The notes below the pieces were generated by a model. The model saw only the letters and a program-made list of their open reading frames with translations. It did not search any database and had not been told where the DNA came from. DNA of 64,000 nucleotides from Nemertoderma westbladi (Eukaryota > Animalia > Xenacoelomorpha): contig JAUCBJ010007556.1 of assembly GCA_032718475.1 (NCBI GenBank), positions 10,074 to 74,073 on the forward strand, in the 5' to 3' direction. Below are positions 27,801-42,668 of this stretch, piece after piece. Every line of letters begins with the position of its first letter. Position 1 is the stretch's first letter. The translations under genes and the position numbers were made by a program.

Positions 27801-30800
27801 TTTATTACCGGTAACAATAGCCTATACGCGGGTTCATTTGTGTATTATCGGTAATAATACACGCGGGTTTATTTGTTTATTACCAGTAACAATACACACG
27901 GGTTCATTTGTTTATTACCAGTAACAATACACATGATTTCATTTGTTTATTACTGGTAACAATACACATGGATTCTTTTGTTTAATACTGGTAACAATTC
28001 AAATGGCTTCATTTGTTTATTACCAGTAACAATACACATGGGTTCTTTTGTTTATTACCGGTAACAATACACATGGGTTAATTTATTTGGAACCGGTAAC
28101 AATAGGCCTACACACGGGTTCATTTGTTTATTACCGGTAACAATACACATGGGTTCATTTTTTTGGCACCGGTAACAATAGTCCAACACACGGGTTCATT
28201 TGTTTATTACCGGTAACAATACACACGGGTTCATTTGTTTATTACCAGTAACAATTCCCATGATTTCATTTGTTTATTACTGGTAACAATACAAGCGGGT
28301 TCATTTGTTTATTACCGGTAACAATAGCCTACACGCGGGTTCATTTGTTTATTATCGGTAACAATACAAGCGGTTTCATTTGTTTATTACCGGTAACAAT
28401 ACACATAGGTTCATTTGTTTAATACCGGTAACAATACACGCGGATTCATTTGTTTATTACCAGTAACAATTCCCATGATTTCATTTGTTTATTACTGGTA
28501 ACAATACAAGCGTGTTCATTTGTTTATTACCGGTAACAATAGCCTACACGCGGGTTCATTTGTTTATTATCGGTAACAATACAAGCGGTTTCATTTGTTT
28601 ATTACTGGTAACAATACACATGGTTTCATTTGTTTATTACCAGTAACAATACACGCGGGTTCATTTGTTTATTATCAGTAACAATACACACAGGTTCATT
28701 TGTTTATTACCAGTAACAATACCCATGATTTCATTTGTTTATTATTGGTAACAATACATGCGGGTTCATTTGTTTATCATCGGTAACAATACACATGGGT
28801 TAATTTGTTTGTTACCGTTAACAATACAAGCGGGTTAATTTGTTTATTACCGGTAACAATAGCCTACAAGCGGGTTCATTTGTTTATTATCGGTAATAAT
28901 ACACGCGGGTTCATTTGTTTATTACCAGTAACAATACCCATGGTTTCATTTGTTTATTACCGGTAACAATACCCATGATTTCATTTGTTTATTACTGGTA
29001 ACAATACATGCGGGTTCATTTGTTTTTTATCGGTAACAATACACATGGGTTAATTTGTTTGTTACCGTTAACAATACAAGCGGGTTCATTTGTTTATTAC
29101 CAGTAACAATAGCCTACACGTGGGTTCATTTGTTTATTATCGGCAATAATACACGCTGGTTTATTTGTTTATTACCAGTAACAATACACACGGGTTCATT
29201 TGTTTATTACCAGTAACAATACACATGATTTCATTTGTTTATTACTGGTAACAATACAAGCGGGTTCATTTGTTTATTACCGGTAACAATAGCCTACACG
29301 CGGGTTCATTTGTTTATTATCGGTAATAATACACGCGGGTTCATTTATTTATTACCAGTAACAATACCCATGATTTCATTTGTTTATTATCGGTAACAGT
29401 ACAAACGGGTTCATTTGTTTATTATCGGTAACAATACATGCGGGTTCATTTGTTTATTACCGTTAACAATACAAGCGGGTTCATTTGTTTATTACCGGTA
29501 ACAATACACATGATTTCATTTGTTTATTACTGGTAACAATACAAGCGGGTTCATTTGTTTATTACCGGTATCAATAGCCTGCACGCGGGTTCATTTGTTT
29601 ATTACCGGTAACAATACCCATGATTTCATCTGTTTATTACTGGTAACAATACATGCGGGTTCATTTGTTTATTATCGGTAACAGTACAAACGGGTTCATT
29701 TGTTTATTATCGGTAACAGTACAAACGGGTTCATTTGTTTATTACCGGTAACAATACACACTGGTTCATTTGTTTATTACTGGTAACAATACATGCGGGT
29801 TAATTTGTTTATTACCGGTAACAGTACAAGCGGTTTCATTTGTTTATTACCGGTAACAATACATGCGGGTTCATTTGTTTATTATCGGTAACAGTACAAA
29901 CGGGTTCATTTGTTTATTATCGGTAACAGTACAAACGGGTTCATTTGTTTATTACCGGTAAGAATACACACGGGTTCATTTGTTTATTATCGGTAACAGT
30001 ACAAACGGGTTCATTTGTTTATTACCGGTAACAATACATGCGGGTTCATTTGTTTATTATCGTTAACAGTACAAACGGGTTCATTTGTTTATTACCGGTA
30101 ACAATACATGCGGGTTCATTTGTTTATTATCGGTAACAGTACAAACGGGTTCATTTGTCTATTATCGGTAACAGTACAAACGGGTTCATTTGTTTATTAC
30201 CGGTAACAATACACACGGGTTCATTTGTTTATTATCGGTAGCAGTACAAACGGGTTCATTTGTTTATTACCGGTAACAATACACACGGGTTCATTTGTTT
30301 ATTACTGGTAACAATACATGCGGGTTCATTTGTTTATTACCGGTAACAGTACAAGCGGGTTCATTTGTTTATTACCGGTAACAATACATGCGGGTTCATT
30401 TGTTTATTATTGGTAACAGTACAAACGGGTTCATTTGTTTATTATCGGTAACAGTACAAACGGGTTCATTTGTTTATTACCGGTAACAATACACACGGGT
30501 TCATTTGTTTATTACTGGTAACAATACATGCGGGTTCATTTGTTTATTACCAGTAACAGTACACACGGGTTCATTTGTTTATTACCAGTAACAATACATG
30601 CGGGTTCATTTGTTTATTATCGGTAACAATACACACGGGTTCATTTGTTTATTACCAGTATCAATACATGGGGGTTCATTTGTTTATTATCGGTAACAGT
30701 ACAGACGGGTTCATTTGTATATTACCTGTAACAATACTTGCGGGTTCATTTGTTTATTACCGGTAACAATACACATGGGTTCATTTGTTTGTTACCAGTA

Positions 30801-33800
30801 ACAATAGGACTACACACGGGTTCATTTGTTTATTACCGGTAACAATACACATTGTTTCATTTGTTTATTACCGGTAACAATAGCCTACATGCGGGTTCAT
30901 TTGTTTATTACCGGTAACAATACACGAGGGTTCATTTGTTTGTTACCGGTAACAGTACACACGGGTTCATTTGTTTATTACCAGTAACAATACACATGGG
31001 TACATTTGTTTGTTACCTGTAACAATAGGCCTACACACGTGGTTCATTTGTTTATTACCGGTAACAATACACATGGTTTCATTTGTTTATTACCAGTAAC
31101 AATACACACGGGTTCATTTGTTTATTACCGGTAACAATACATGCAGGTTCATTTGTTTATTACCAGTAACAATACCCATGGTTTCATTTATTTATTACCG
31201 GTAACAATTTAAATGGCTTCATTTGTTTATTACCAGTAACAATACACATGGGTTCATTTGTTTATTACCGGTAACAATACACATGGATTCATTTGTTTGG
31301 TACCGGTAACAATAGGCCTACACACGGGTTCATTTGATTATTACCAGTGACAATACACATGGGTTCATTTGTTTGGTACCAGTACCAATAGGCCTACACA
31401 CGGGTTCATTTGTTTATTACCAGTAACAATACACATGGGTTCATTTGTTTATTACTGGTAACAATACACACGGGTTCATTTCTTTATTACCGGTAACAAT
31501 ACACATGGTTTCATTTGTTTATTACTGGTAACAATACACACGGGTTCATTTCTTTATTACCGGTAACAATACACATGGTTTCATTTGTTTATTACCGGTA
31601 ACAATACACATGGGTTCATTTGTTATTACTGGTAACAATGGAAATGGGTTCATTTGTTTATTACTGGTAACAATACACGCGGGTTCATTTGTTTATTACC
31701 ATTAACAATACAAGCGGGTTCATTTGTTTATTACCGGTAACAATAGCCTACACGCGGGTTCATTTGTTTATTATCGGTAATAATACACGTGGGTTCATTT
31801 GTTTATTACCGGTAACAGTACACACGGGTTCATTTGTTTATTACCAGTAACAATACATGCGGGTTCATTTGTTTATTATCGGTAACAGTACACACGGGTT
31901 CGTTTGCTTATTATCGGTAATAATACACGTGGGTTCATTTGTTTATTACCGGTAACAGTACACACGGGTTCATTTGTTTATTACCAGTAACGATACATGC
32001 GGGTTCATTTGTTTATTATCGGTAATAATACACGTGGGTTCATTTGTTTATTACCGGTAACAGTACACACGGGTTCATTTGTTTATTACCAGTAACAATA
32101 CATGCGGGTTCATTTGTTTATTATCGGTAACAGTACACACGGGTTCGTTTGCTTATTACTGGTAACAATACATGCGGGTTCATTTGTTTATTATTGGTAA
32201 CAGTACACATGGGTTCATTTGTTTATTACTGGTAACAATACACACGGGTTCATTTGTTTATTACCGGTAACAATTCACACGGGTTCATTTGTTTATTACC
32301 GGTAACAATACACATGGGTTACTTTGTTTGGTACCGGTAACAATAGGCCTACACACGGGTTCATTTGTTTATTACCGGTAACAATACACATGGGTTCATT
32401 TGTTTGGTACTGGTAACAATAGCCTACACGCGGGTTCATTTGTTTATTATCGCTAAAAATACACGCGGGTTCATTTGTTTATTACCGGTAACAATACCCA
32501 TGATTTAATTTGTTTATTACTGGTAACAATACATGCGGGTTCATTTGTTTATTACCGGTAACAATTCACCCGGGTTCATTTGTTTATTACCGGTAACAAT
32601 ACACACGGGTTCATTTGTTTATTACCAGTAACAATACACTGGGTTCTTTTGTTTATTACTGGTATCAATTCAAATGGCTTCATTTGTTTATTACCAGTAA
32701 CAATACACATGGGTTCTTTTGTTTATTACCGGTAACAATATGCATGGGTTAATTTGTTTGGAACCAGTAACAATAGGCCTACACACGGGTTCATTTGTTT
32801 ATTACCGGTAACAATACACATGGGTTCATTTTTTTGGCACCTGTAACAATAGGCCTACACACGGGTTCATTTGTTTATTACCGGTAACAATACACACGGG
32901 TTCATTTCTTTATTACCGGTAACAACTCAAATGGCTTCATTTGTTTATTACCAGTAACAATACACGCGGGTTCATTTGTTTATTATCAGTAACAATACAC
33001 ACGAGTTCATTTGTTTATTATCGTTAACAGTACAAATGGGTTCATTTGTTTAATACCGGTAACAATACACGCGGGTTCATTTGTTTATTACCGGTAACAT
33101 TACACATGGGTTAATTTGTTTATTACTGGTAACAACTCAAATGGCTTCATTTGTTTATTACCAGTAACAATACACGCGGGTTCATTTGTTTATTATCAGT
33201 ACCAATACACACGAGTTCATTTGTTTATTACCAGTAACAATACACATGGGTTCATTTGTTTATTACCAGTAACAATACACATTATTTCATTTGTTTATTA
33301 CTGGTAACAATACATGCGGGTTCATTTGTTTATTATCGGTAACAATACACATAGGTTCATTTGTTTAATACCGGTAACAATACACGCGGATTCATTTGTT
33401 TATTACCAGTAACAATTCCCATGATTTCATTTGTTTATTACTGGTAACAATACAAGCGGGTTCATTTGTTTATTACCGGTAACAATAGCCTACACGCGGG
33501 TTCATTTGTGTATTATCGGTAATAATACACGCGGGTTTATTTGTTTATTACCAGTAACAATACACACGGGTTCATTTGTTTATTACCAGTAACAATACAC
33601 ATTATTTCATTTGTTTATTACTGGTAACAATACATGCGGGTTCATTTGTTTATTATCGGTAACAATACACATGGGTTAATTTGTTTGTTACCGTTAACAA
33701 TACAAGCGGGTTCATTTGTTTATTACCGGTAACAATAGCCTACACGCGGGTTCATTTGTGTATTATCGGTAATAATACACGCGGGTTTATTTGTTTATTA

Positions 33801-36468
33801 CCAGTAACAATACACACGGGTTCATTTGTTTATTACCAGTAACAATACACATGATTTCATTTGTTTATTACTGGTAACAATACACATGGGTTCTTTTGTT
33901 TAATACTGGTAACAATTCAAATGGCTTCATTTGTTTATTACCAGTAACAATACACATGGGTTCTTTTGTTTATTACCGGTAACAATACACATGGGTTAAT
34001 TTATTTGGAACTGGTAACAATAGGCCTACACACGTGGTTCATTTGTTTATTACCGGTAACAATACACATGGGTTCATTTTTTTGGCACCTGTAACAATAG
34101 GCCTACACACGGGTTCATTTGTTTATTACCGGTAACAATACACATGGGTTCATTTTTTTGGCACCGGTAACAATAGTCCAACACACGGGTTAATTTGTTT
34201 ATTACTGGTAACAATACACACGGGTTGATTTCTTTATTACCGGTAACAATACACATAGGTTCATTTGTTTAATACCGGTAACAATACACGCGGGTTCATT
34301 TGTTTATTACCAGTAACAATTCCCATGATTTCATTTGTTTATTACTGGTAACAATACAAGCGGGTTCATTTGTTTATTACCGGTAACAATAGCCTACACG
34401 CGGGTTCATTTGTTTATTATCGGTAACAATACAAGCGGTTTCATTTGTTTATTACCGGTAACAATACACATGGTTTCATTTGTTTATTACCAGTAACAAT
34501 ACACGCGGGTTCATTTGTTTATTATCAGTAACAATACACACGGGTTCATTTGTTTATTACCAGTAACAATACCCATGATTTCATTTGTTTATTACTGGTA
34601 ACAATACATGCGGGTTCATTTGTTTATCATCGGTAACAATACACATGGGTTAATTTGTTTGTTACCGTTAACAATACAAGCGGGTTAATTTGTTTATTAC
34701 CGGTAACAATAGCCTACACGCGGGTTCATTTGTTTATTATTGGTAATAATACACGCGGGTTCATTTGTTTATTACCAGTAACAATACCCATGGTTTCATT
34801 TGTTTATTACCGGTAACAATACCCATGATTTCATTTGTTTATTACTGGTAACAATACATGCGGGTTCATTTGTTTTTTATCGGTAACAATACACACGGGT
34901 TCATTTGTTTATTACCAGTAACAATACATGCGGGTACATTTGTTTATTACCAGTAACAATACATGCGGGTTCATTTGTTTATTACCGGTAACAGTACACA
35001 CGGGTTCATTTGTTTAATACTGGTAACAATACATGCGGGTTCATTTGTTTATTACCGGTAACAATACATGCGGGTTCATTTGTTTATTACCGGTAACAGT
35101 ACAAACGGGTTCATTTGTTTATTATCGGTAATAATACACGCGGGTTCATTTGTTTATTACCAGTAACAATACCCATAATTTCATTTGTTTATTACCAGTA
35201 ACAATACACGCGGGTTCATTTGTTTATTATCAGTAACAATACCCATAATTTCATTTGTTTATTACCAGTAACAATACACGCGGGTTCATTTGTTTATTAT
35301 CAGTAACAATACACACGGGTTCATTTGTTTATTACCAGTAACAATACCCATGATTTCATTTGTTTATTACTGGTAACAATACATGCGGGTTCATTTGTTT
35401 ATCATCGGTAACAATACACATGGGTTAATTTGTTTGTTACCGTTAACAATACAAGCGGGTTAATTTGTTTATTACCGGTAACAATAGCCTACACGCGGGT
35501 TCATTTGTTTATTATTGGTAATAATACACGCGGGTTCATTTGTTTATTACCAGTAACAATACCCATGGTTTCATTTGTTTATTACCGGTAACAATACCCA
35601 TGATTTAATTTGTTTATTACTGGTAACAATACATGCGGGTTCATTTGTTTTTTATCGGTAACAATACACACGGGTTCATTTGTTTATTACCAGTAACAAT
35701 ACATGCGGGTACATTTGTTTATTACCAGTAACAATACATGCGGGTTCATTTGTTTATTACCGGTAACAATACATGCGGGTTCATTTGTTTATTACCGGTA
35801 ACAGTACACACGGGTTCATTTGTTTAATACTGGTAACAATACATGCGGGTTCATTTGTTTATTACCGGTAACAATACATGCGGGTTCATTTGTTTATTAT
35901 CGGTAACAGTACAAACGGGTTCATTTGTTTATTACCGGTAACAATACACACGGGTTCATTTGTTTATTAATAATAATAAATGAATTGTTGTGGGGTGAGT
36001 GACGGTTAGTTAAATATATAATGTAGATAGGACAATATGATAATGCTCTCCATAGCGAAAAATATCAACCGACCCTGTTGGGGCTCGAACCCGGTACCTT
36101 CCTTTGAGTGATTAGTTGGCCTAAATATGATATCCCACTCCATAGTGAAATCTTCATCCGATCTGGTAGCTCAGTACACACACCCGGCTGATGATAACCG
36201 TAAGTTTGAAACCTAGGTACCGGGTTCGAGCCCCAACAGGGTCGGTTGATATTTTTCGCTATGGAGAGCATTATCATATTGTCCTATCTACATTATACAT
36301 TTGTTTATTACTGGTAACAATACATGCGGGTTCATTTGTTTATTACCGGTAACAGTAAAAGCGGGTTCATTTGTTTATTACCGGTAACAATACACATGGG
36401 TTAATTTGTTTGTTACCGGTAACAATACACACGGGTTCATTTGTTTATTACCGGTAACAATACACACG
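21866..36468. repeat. 35-bp satellite array (~14.6 kb), consensus TTCATTTGTTTATTACCGGTAACAATACACATGGG
   Basis: Period 35 seen directly (e.g. 21901 to 21936). Variants carry (G)GCCTA insertions. Interrupted once at 35970-36297. Confidence 0.99.
35970..36297. mobile_element. tRNA-related palindromic insertion (SINE-like) inside the satellite
   Basis: 83-bp perfect inverted repeat (36017-36099 / 36215-36297), B-box GGTTCGAGCC, A-box-like TAGCTCAGT, an (AAT)n end, and flanking duplication of CATTTGTTTATTA. Confidence 0.7.
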
Positions 36469-38959
36469 GGGTTTTTTTTTTTTTTAAAAATGAAGTTGTA
36501 TGACCACCTCCTGGTCACTTATGCCTATTTTTTGTTTCCTTGCGTAATATACTGTTGGCCTAGTTCTGGGACAGAAATGACTCGTCACAGTTTAATGTTG
36601 GCCTACTGTTTATCAAAAGCACTATATTATAATTATTCTCCCTTTTCTGCGGTAGGCGGGTGGCTTGCTGTTTGGTCCCGGCACTAACTTTTGAAATTCA
36701 TCAAATAACGGCGGATTGCGCTCATGTAAATAATACCAGGTTTCCACTTTCTCGAAATTTTATTGAATTTTATAATATTAAAAAAAACAACATTGTGTTG
36801 TAGGTCCATAACAATGCTATTGTTATTTAGCATTGTTGCTATTGTGTTCAGCCAACGTGGGGAAGGCCAAACAGCAACTAAAATGGGAATTGGAAAATCT
36901 CCCTCTAGCAGCGATTGGCGGAATTAAATATTTCACCAAAAACACAACGTCCTATGTACTATCCCTTGATATTTAACCTAATATTTTGAAACCGACTTTT
37001 TTAGACTCAGCACATTCGAATCTACAAAAATTCGCAATAATATTTGAATTTGACAGTTTGAAAACGAGCTATAAATTATCACATTACGATGAGAAATCAC
37101 TGTGTAGGCCTATTATTAAAAAAAAATCTAAGTGTAATCCTTCCCGCTTAAACCTGTATGCCTGGGGTCTGTTCATTAGTTAGTTCTGTTTCAGGCACTA
37201 TGGCTGCACACAACCTTATACTAAAATTATTTATCAATATTGGGGTTGTGGGGGTCGTTGAATTCATTTCCAAGGTCAGAAGGTTTGTCTGTCTGTCTTC
37301 TTAAATATTGACGGAAAGCGATAACCCGAAAACTAAAAAAATATCTAGCTAAGCTGTATTACGATTTGAAACCCTCATTAAATTCTGCATCAGATGAAAA
37401 TTAATAATCTAAAAATGTGAAAATTGTACTCGGAAATTTATTTACATTTGGTACACATATCTACAGAATAATTATTCGAAATTTTACATAAATTAACAGA
37501 ATTTATGCAAAAAAAATATTAAATGCAAAGGCTTTTAGAGGGATGGTCATCAAGTGCCCAAAATTTCATAATTTCGCACAATGGCATGCTAATTCTACCC
37601 TATGACCATAATATTGATATACTCATTACTCATGCTCAAAAATTATTAAAAAAAAACTTATTTTTTGCAATATTTTTGACAGGTTTTTCCATTTTTGACC
37701 AAAAATTTACGCATTTTGTTAAATAAAATGTCTTTAGACTGGGTAGTTCTTGTTCTTGTCAAGAGTTGAGCCGTTCAAAAACACGATGTGGTTATGTGTG
37801 TATAACCATCCAATGATATCTCAAAAACTCAAGCAGGTGCGCAACAATTTTTAACGCGACTATTTATCAATTAGTATATAGTTGTTGAATAAAAAAGTTG
37901 GGAACGATTCTCTGTGCGATATTCGAAATATTAGCATATTATCAATATTATGGAACGCGAAATGAAATACCCACAACTACTACTTTGTCAGCTGAACAAC
38001 ATTTCACTACTGTTAATGTGAATGTGTTGTTGTTAATTTGAGTTACGTACTACATTATTATTATATTATTATAGTTATATCTCTATTCAGTCAGTTAGTG
38101 TAATGTCAAGCAGTAATACTGTCATAATACTGTCATCAACTTAGGCTAAGCTCAATTGTAATGTTAAGGCTTAGTAGGTTTTGTATATCTGGGACGTTTA
38201 CAACAGCTGTCGATTAAACTAACAAAACCATAAAACTGAACCAGGGTGGCTGCCAGCCGGGTACCAACGGCCGTTGGGTGGACTTAAGGGAACATTTCAC
38301 AAACTTTCATAGGAGGCTTGTGCATGTACATTATATTGGTTTGGTTGCTCCGATGTTTTTATTATGCTAACTGAGAATGTATGTAATTAATGTCCTTTAT
38401 TTTATTTATCTAATACAGAAAGACCCCTCCGCAGAATAAACTGCTCTTTTGGGCCGTTTCTCAGGTTGCGGATATGGATACCATTTGACACATAATCGTA
38501 GTAATTGTGATTATGATTTGTTTGCCAGGCGAATGTGTATTACATTAGATGGGAGGCAGTTTTTTGGTTGATGCAAGTCATTCTTGGTTTGCATCTTCCA
38601 ATCCCATCTGTTTCTTGGAGTCCGTGTAAGACAAGGTTATGGCAAGGGCAATTTAATTAAAGTCTGTCCATTCAAAGGGTTCTAGCTGAACATTTTGTTA
38701 CACGTGTTTTCCGGTCGGTGATTTCATTTTTTATGTTAGTTTTCTCATTTACCTGTATGATGTCTGTCCGAATTGCTATCTGTCTGTTATTCAAAATATA
38801 ACCGACAGCTGAACAGACAAACAGACAATGTGGATGACGTCCCATATGAAAACTGAAATCTGAAATGAAATCACCACCCTTGAAACCCCATAACAAATTT
38901 TTTAGCTTGTTGGTATGTCTTCCTATTACTTTGACGGAAAGATCGCTGGACCGACAGAA

Positions 38960-39250
38960 AAACCGACAGACAGACATAGCAAGTTTTGTTAAAATTGAAA
39001 ACTGACGTCAGAAATAAATTTGGCAACCGGAATAACTCAATAACTTTCAGCTAGTTTGAATTCTTTCCTTATTTTGACAGACAGATGGACATACAGACCG
39101 ACAGACAGACATAGTAAGTTTTGTTAAAATTGAAAACTGACGTCAGAAATAAATTTGGCAACCGGAATAACTCAATAACTTTCAGCTAGTTTGAATTCTT
39201 TCCTTATTTTGACAGACAGATGGACATACAGACCGACAGACAGACATAAT
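38960..39250. repeat. 135-bp tandem duplication with CAGA microsatellite, within transposon-derived mosaic DNA
   Basis: AAAATTGAAAACTGACGTCAG... at 38991 and 39126. Confidence 0.85.
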
Positions 39251-40174
39251 AGACTTTGATAAAAATGAAAACTAACTTCGGAATTGAAATCAGCGATCAA
39301 GAAAACCACAACAAAAAATGTTTTAGCTAGGTGGTATGATGTCCTTATATGTTCAGTATTCAGGGAGGAACGGTATGAAAACTATGAGTTCTTTAGCACC
39401 AGTTTGTATATTACAGTATATGTGGTCTCGGCCACGAAAAGTGAACAAAAATATTGAAAACTTTGAGTGGACATAACTTTTGAACCAGTGGACCAATTGT
39501 GACCATCGATAGCTCATTCGAACAAGCTCGACAAACTCTACAACATATAAAAATTCAGATGCAAAGGTTTTTTTAAATGGCCATATTTATCTCTAAAATA
39601 CCATGCTTATGTAGAGTATTTTGTAGAGTTTGCCCGAAACAAGAAGTGTATGCTAACTGTGACTCAACGTGCAAGGTGATCATCTACACTTACAATGCGG
39701 AGAAGAGATATGATTTCTGAAAGAGGAAATCTGGCCTGGTCTTTTAACTATATTAACGACATAAGTTAGGCCTCTGATGGATTTGGGTGCACGTTTAAAA
39801 CTGCATGTCAAAAAATCGATAATATTAGTATAATACTAGACTGTAAAGATACAGTTGCTGTAATCTTCAAACTACAGTAGTTTATGCGGATCCATTTTAC
39901 TCTTGAAGTAAAGCCTATGTATTAGCCTTTCAGGTACATCACTGCTTATCTATATTACTTTTGTCTGGAAAATAATACAAGCCTCCAAATTGTTAAATAT
40001 ATTATTTTGAGATAAAAATATAGAGTTTGGATTGTAACTTTTAAGTTCTGCCAAAAATTTGCCAACGCCGTCTTTATATTGTAATGATGCAAATCACATA
40101 ATCATTTACTTTGTCTTCCAGAAAAATAAGTCTTTACCGATTAGTGGTTATTCAAATTAGTTACTGTATATGAG

Positions 40175-42668
40175 TAGAGGTAGGGGGTATGGGTCAGATT
40201 TTTGGTGATGCTCTCCAAATTAGCTTGGGACATATTTTTTCGATGCATTAGGGCATATGGGCATAATATTCACAAAAAATTTGAAATTTTAGTCCAAATT
40301 CATCAGCAGCAAGCAAAAAAATTGAGCGGTACCCACAATGCGCTCGAGCGATAATGGATTTATGATAATTTTGCTTATATACCAACTTCTTATAGTCGTA
40401 TTGACTTGATTTTGGTTTTATTTTAATCGCAATCGCAATTTAGTGTGGGTAGATGTCACCATTTAGTCATTAAACACTATATTTCTTAAGATATGGGTCA
40501 TTTGCCATACAATTTTCATTTTTATTTCGTACCGATTGGCGTCAGATCTTATAAGTAGCACAGCAATGCATTATACAATTGTATTTTTTTATGTATTTTT
40601 TATTTTTTTTTTATGTATTTAAGTATATTTATTTATTTTTTTGTTTCTTTGCTGAAGAATTTGTAAATATCACTTGCATTCGTGAAATTTCATCAGTCGA
40701 ATGTTGAATAATTCCCATTCTCCTATAACTGCACAGGTCAAGATTTGATCTTTATACACATTATGGATGTCAGTCATCTGGAACAAGCTATTTCCAGAAT
40801 GTACCAGGATTCATCCTTCCCAAGTGCTCGACTACATATTCGAACTGTTTCCTAGTTGTTCTTTGTAGTACCATATGTCAGTTTGTACCATAGTTTCTTG
40901 CCTTTTATAGGCTTATCCCAGATTGTGGCGCACATGCTATTTTATTGGTACAGATCTGATTGATTACTTATTCATAATGATGGATGGGTGGGTGGATGGA
41001 TGTCTTGGACAGTGATAGCGTTGTTACTTGTTATCTGGAAAATATCATCATTAGAAGGAAGTTTGATTTGTTCTCTGTTGTTTCTAGAAGCAACGTGGCT
41101 CTCATCTGATAATAACACAGCTGGATTCTCAACCATTCCCTCATGGGAAATCTTAATGAGCCGAAACAAATTTGGTCTGGCAATAACATCAGACTTATGA
41201 TAACGTTTGGAAAAAGCCTTTAAATGCGGCTTTTCAGAATTGATTCATGCTTATCAAGTGAGGTGCATGGTCCATATTTTACAATCTTAAAGAAGCTTCA
41301 TAGTATAATCATTATGAGCGAATGTGTAATCATGTAATCACAGTGAGATGCTATGCCTATTTTATTTAGAAGCCTCTGTTTCTGGAGAGCTTTTTGGCTT
41401 TGAGACAATCTATCCTCCCTTTCACGGAGAATGGATCAAACTTGTCGAGAAATTCTTTCAACAATGCCTTTTCAGCCTGATATACAGTACTGTAACACCA
41501 TATCATCAGTGCGAATCCCTTAGCAGTGAACTTGGCATTACGAAATTTTGCTACTACCGCCAAGTGTCTAAGTTTGGCAAGATCCCTTTCAGCTTCAATA
41601 TTATGTCTTGGAAGTTGTATCAGATCTTCAGGATCAATCCCAAACAATTCAGTATCTCGTGATTTCTCCCCTGCCTCTTTCGAAAATCCATATTCTCGAC
41701 CACCAACTACACTGAATATGAATTACCTCAGCCCTCAGCTGCATGAAGGCACATTTTATGCATAATGGCCTTATCAAAATCAGTTTGGGGATTTCTTACA
41801 GGATTTCTTGTCTTAGCCAGATTGTTCAAAACAGTTAAGCAAAGGCAATGTAAAGAATGCAACTAATGCAAGGGTTTGGAGCTCTGTAAGGAAAAATTCA
41901 CAGCTGATATATACAGTAGATTACATGCATCCACAAGTAAGTTTGTCTTGTATGTCTCTTGTAGAAGCATCTGCAGCAATGGAGGGCATGAAGAAGAGAT
42001 ACATAGCCAAGCTTTGTGAAGCGCCGTTCATGATACAATTATCATATATTTTACTTGGCCTTCACGTTCTACAATAAGGTCAGAATTGGCTGACTTGTCA
42101 TGAGTGACAAGTTTAAGCAAGACATGAATGCCAGCAATCAGTAAAGCTTTCTTGCCCCTAAAAAAAGGCCTCAAAGATGGATTTATTGCCTCTAACCTAT
42201 CTCCTGATTTTACAGATAAATCAAGCTGAGATAATACACAATACAGTAATATTTAAATTATCCAATCCTTCTACAGTATGACCTCATTAGGCATCACCAG
42301 ATGCTAGATTCGGCATTATAGGAATTTTCTGAATCGAATGACATATCACATGCCCATATAAACTAGCTTTTTAAAATTTATTTATTTTTTATGTCAGAAT
42401 TATAGTAAAAATACGATAAATTTTGTTAAATCTACCATAACTTAAGAAATTTAGTGTTTAATGACTAAATGGTGACATCTACAACAGTACCCCCACTAAA
42501 TCGACCATTGCGATTTAAATGAGTCCAATATCAAGTCAATACGACCATAAGAAGTTGGTATTTTTTGTATTTGATATTTAAAATTTTTGTGAATATTATG
42601 CCCAAATGCATCGAAAAAACATGTCCCAAGGTGATTCTGAAGACATGACCTTATACCCCCTACCTCTA
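40175..42668 (-). mobile_element. hAT-superfamily (hATw-like) DNA transposon, internally deleted, 7-bp TSD ATATGAG
   Basis: Termini TAGAGGTAGGGGGTAT / ATACCCCCTACCTCTA with long imperfect TIRs (~40175-40495 vs ~42435-42668). ATATGAG at 40168-40174 and 42669-42675. Confidence 0.82.
41366..42240 (-). pseudogene. Decayed transposase fragment
   Basis: Frameshifted pieces LLKLVTHDKSANS, YHERRFTKLGY, TNLLVDACNL, CEFFLTELQTLA..FTLPLLNC and PRHNIEAERDLAK (candidate catalytic E in an NxxxER motif), lying between the TIRs. Confidence 0.7.

Noticed and set aside
21866-36468. CRISPR-like appearance (35-bp repeats with a palindrome) and repeated 63-aa ORFs
   Set aside because: Units are head-to-tail without unique spacers, there are no cas genes and the context is eukaryotic; the ORFs are satellite translations.
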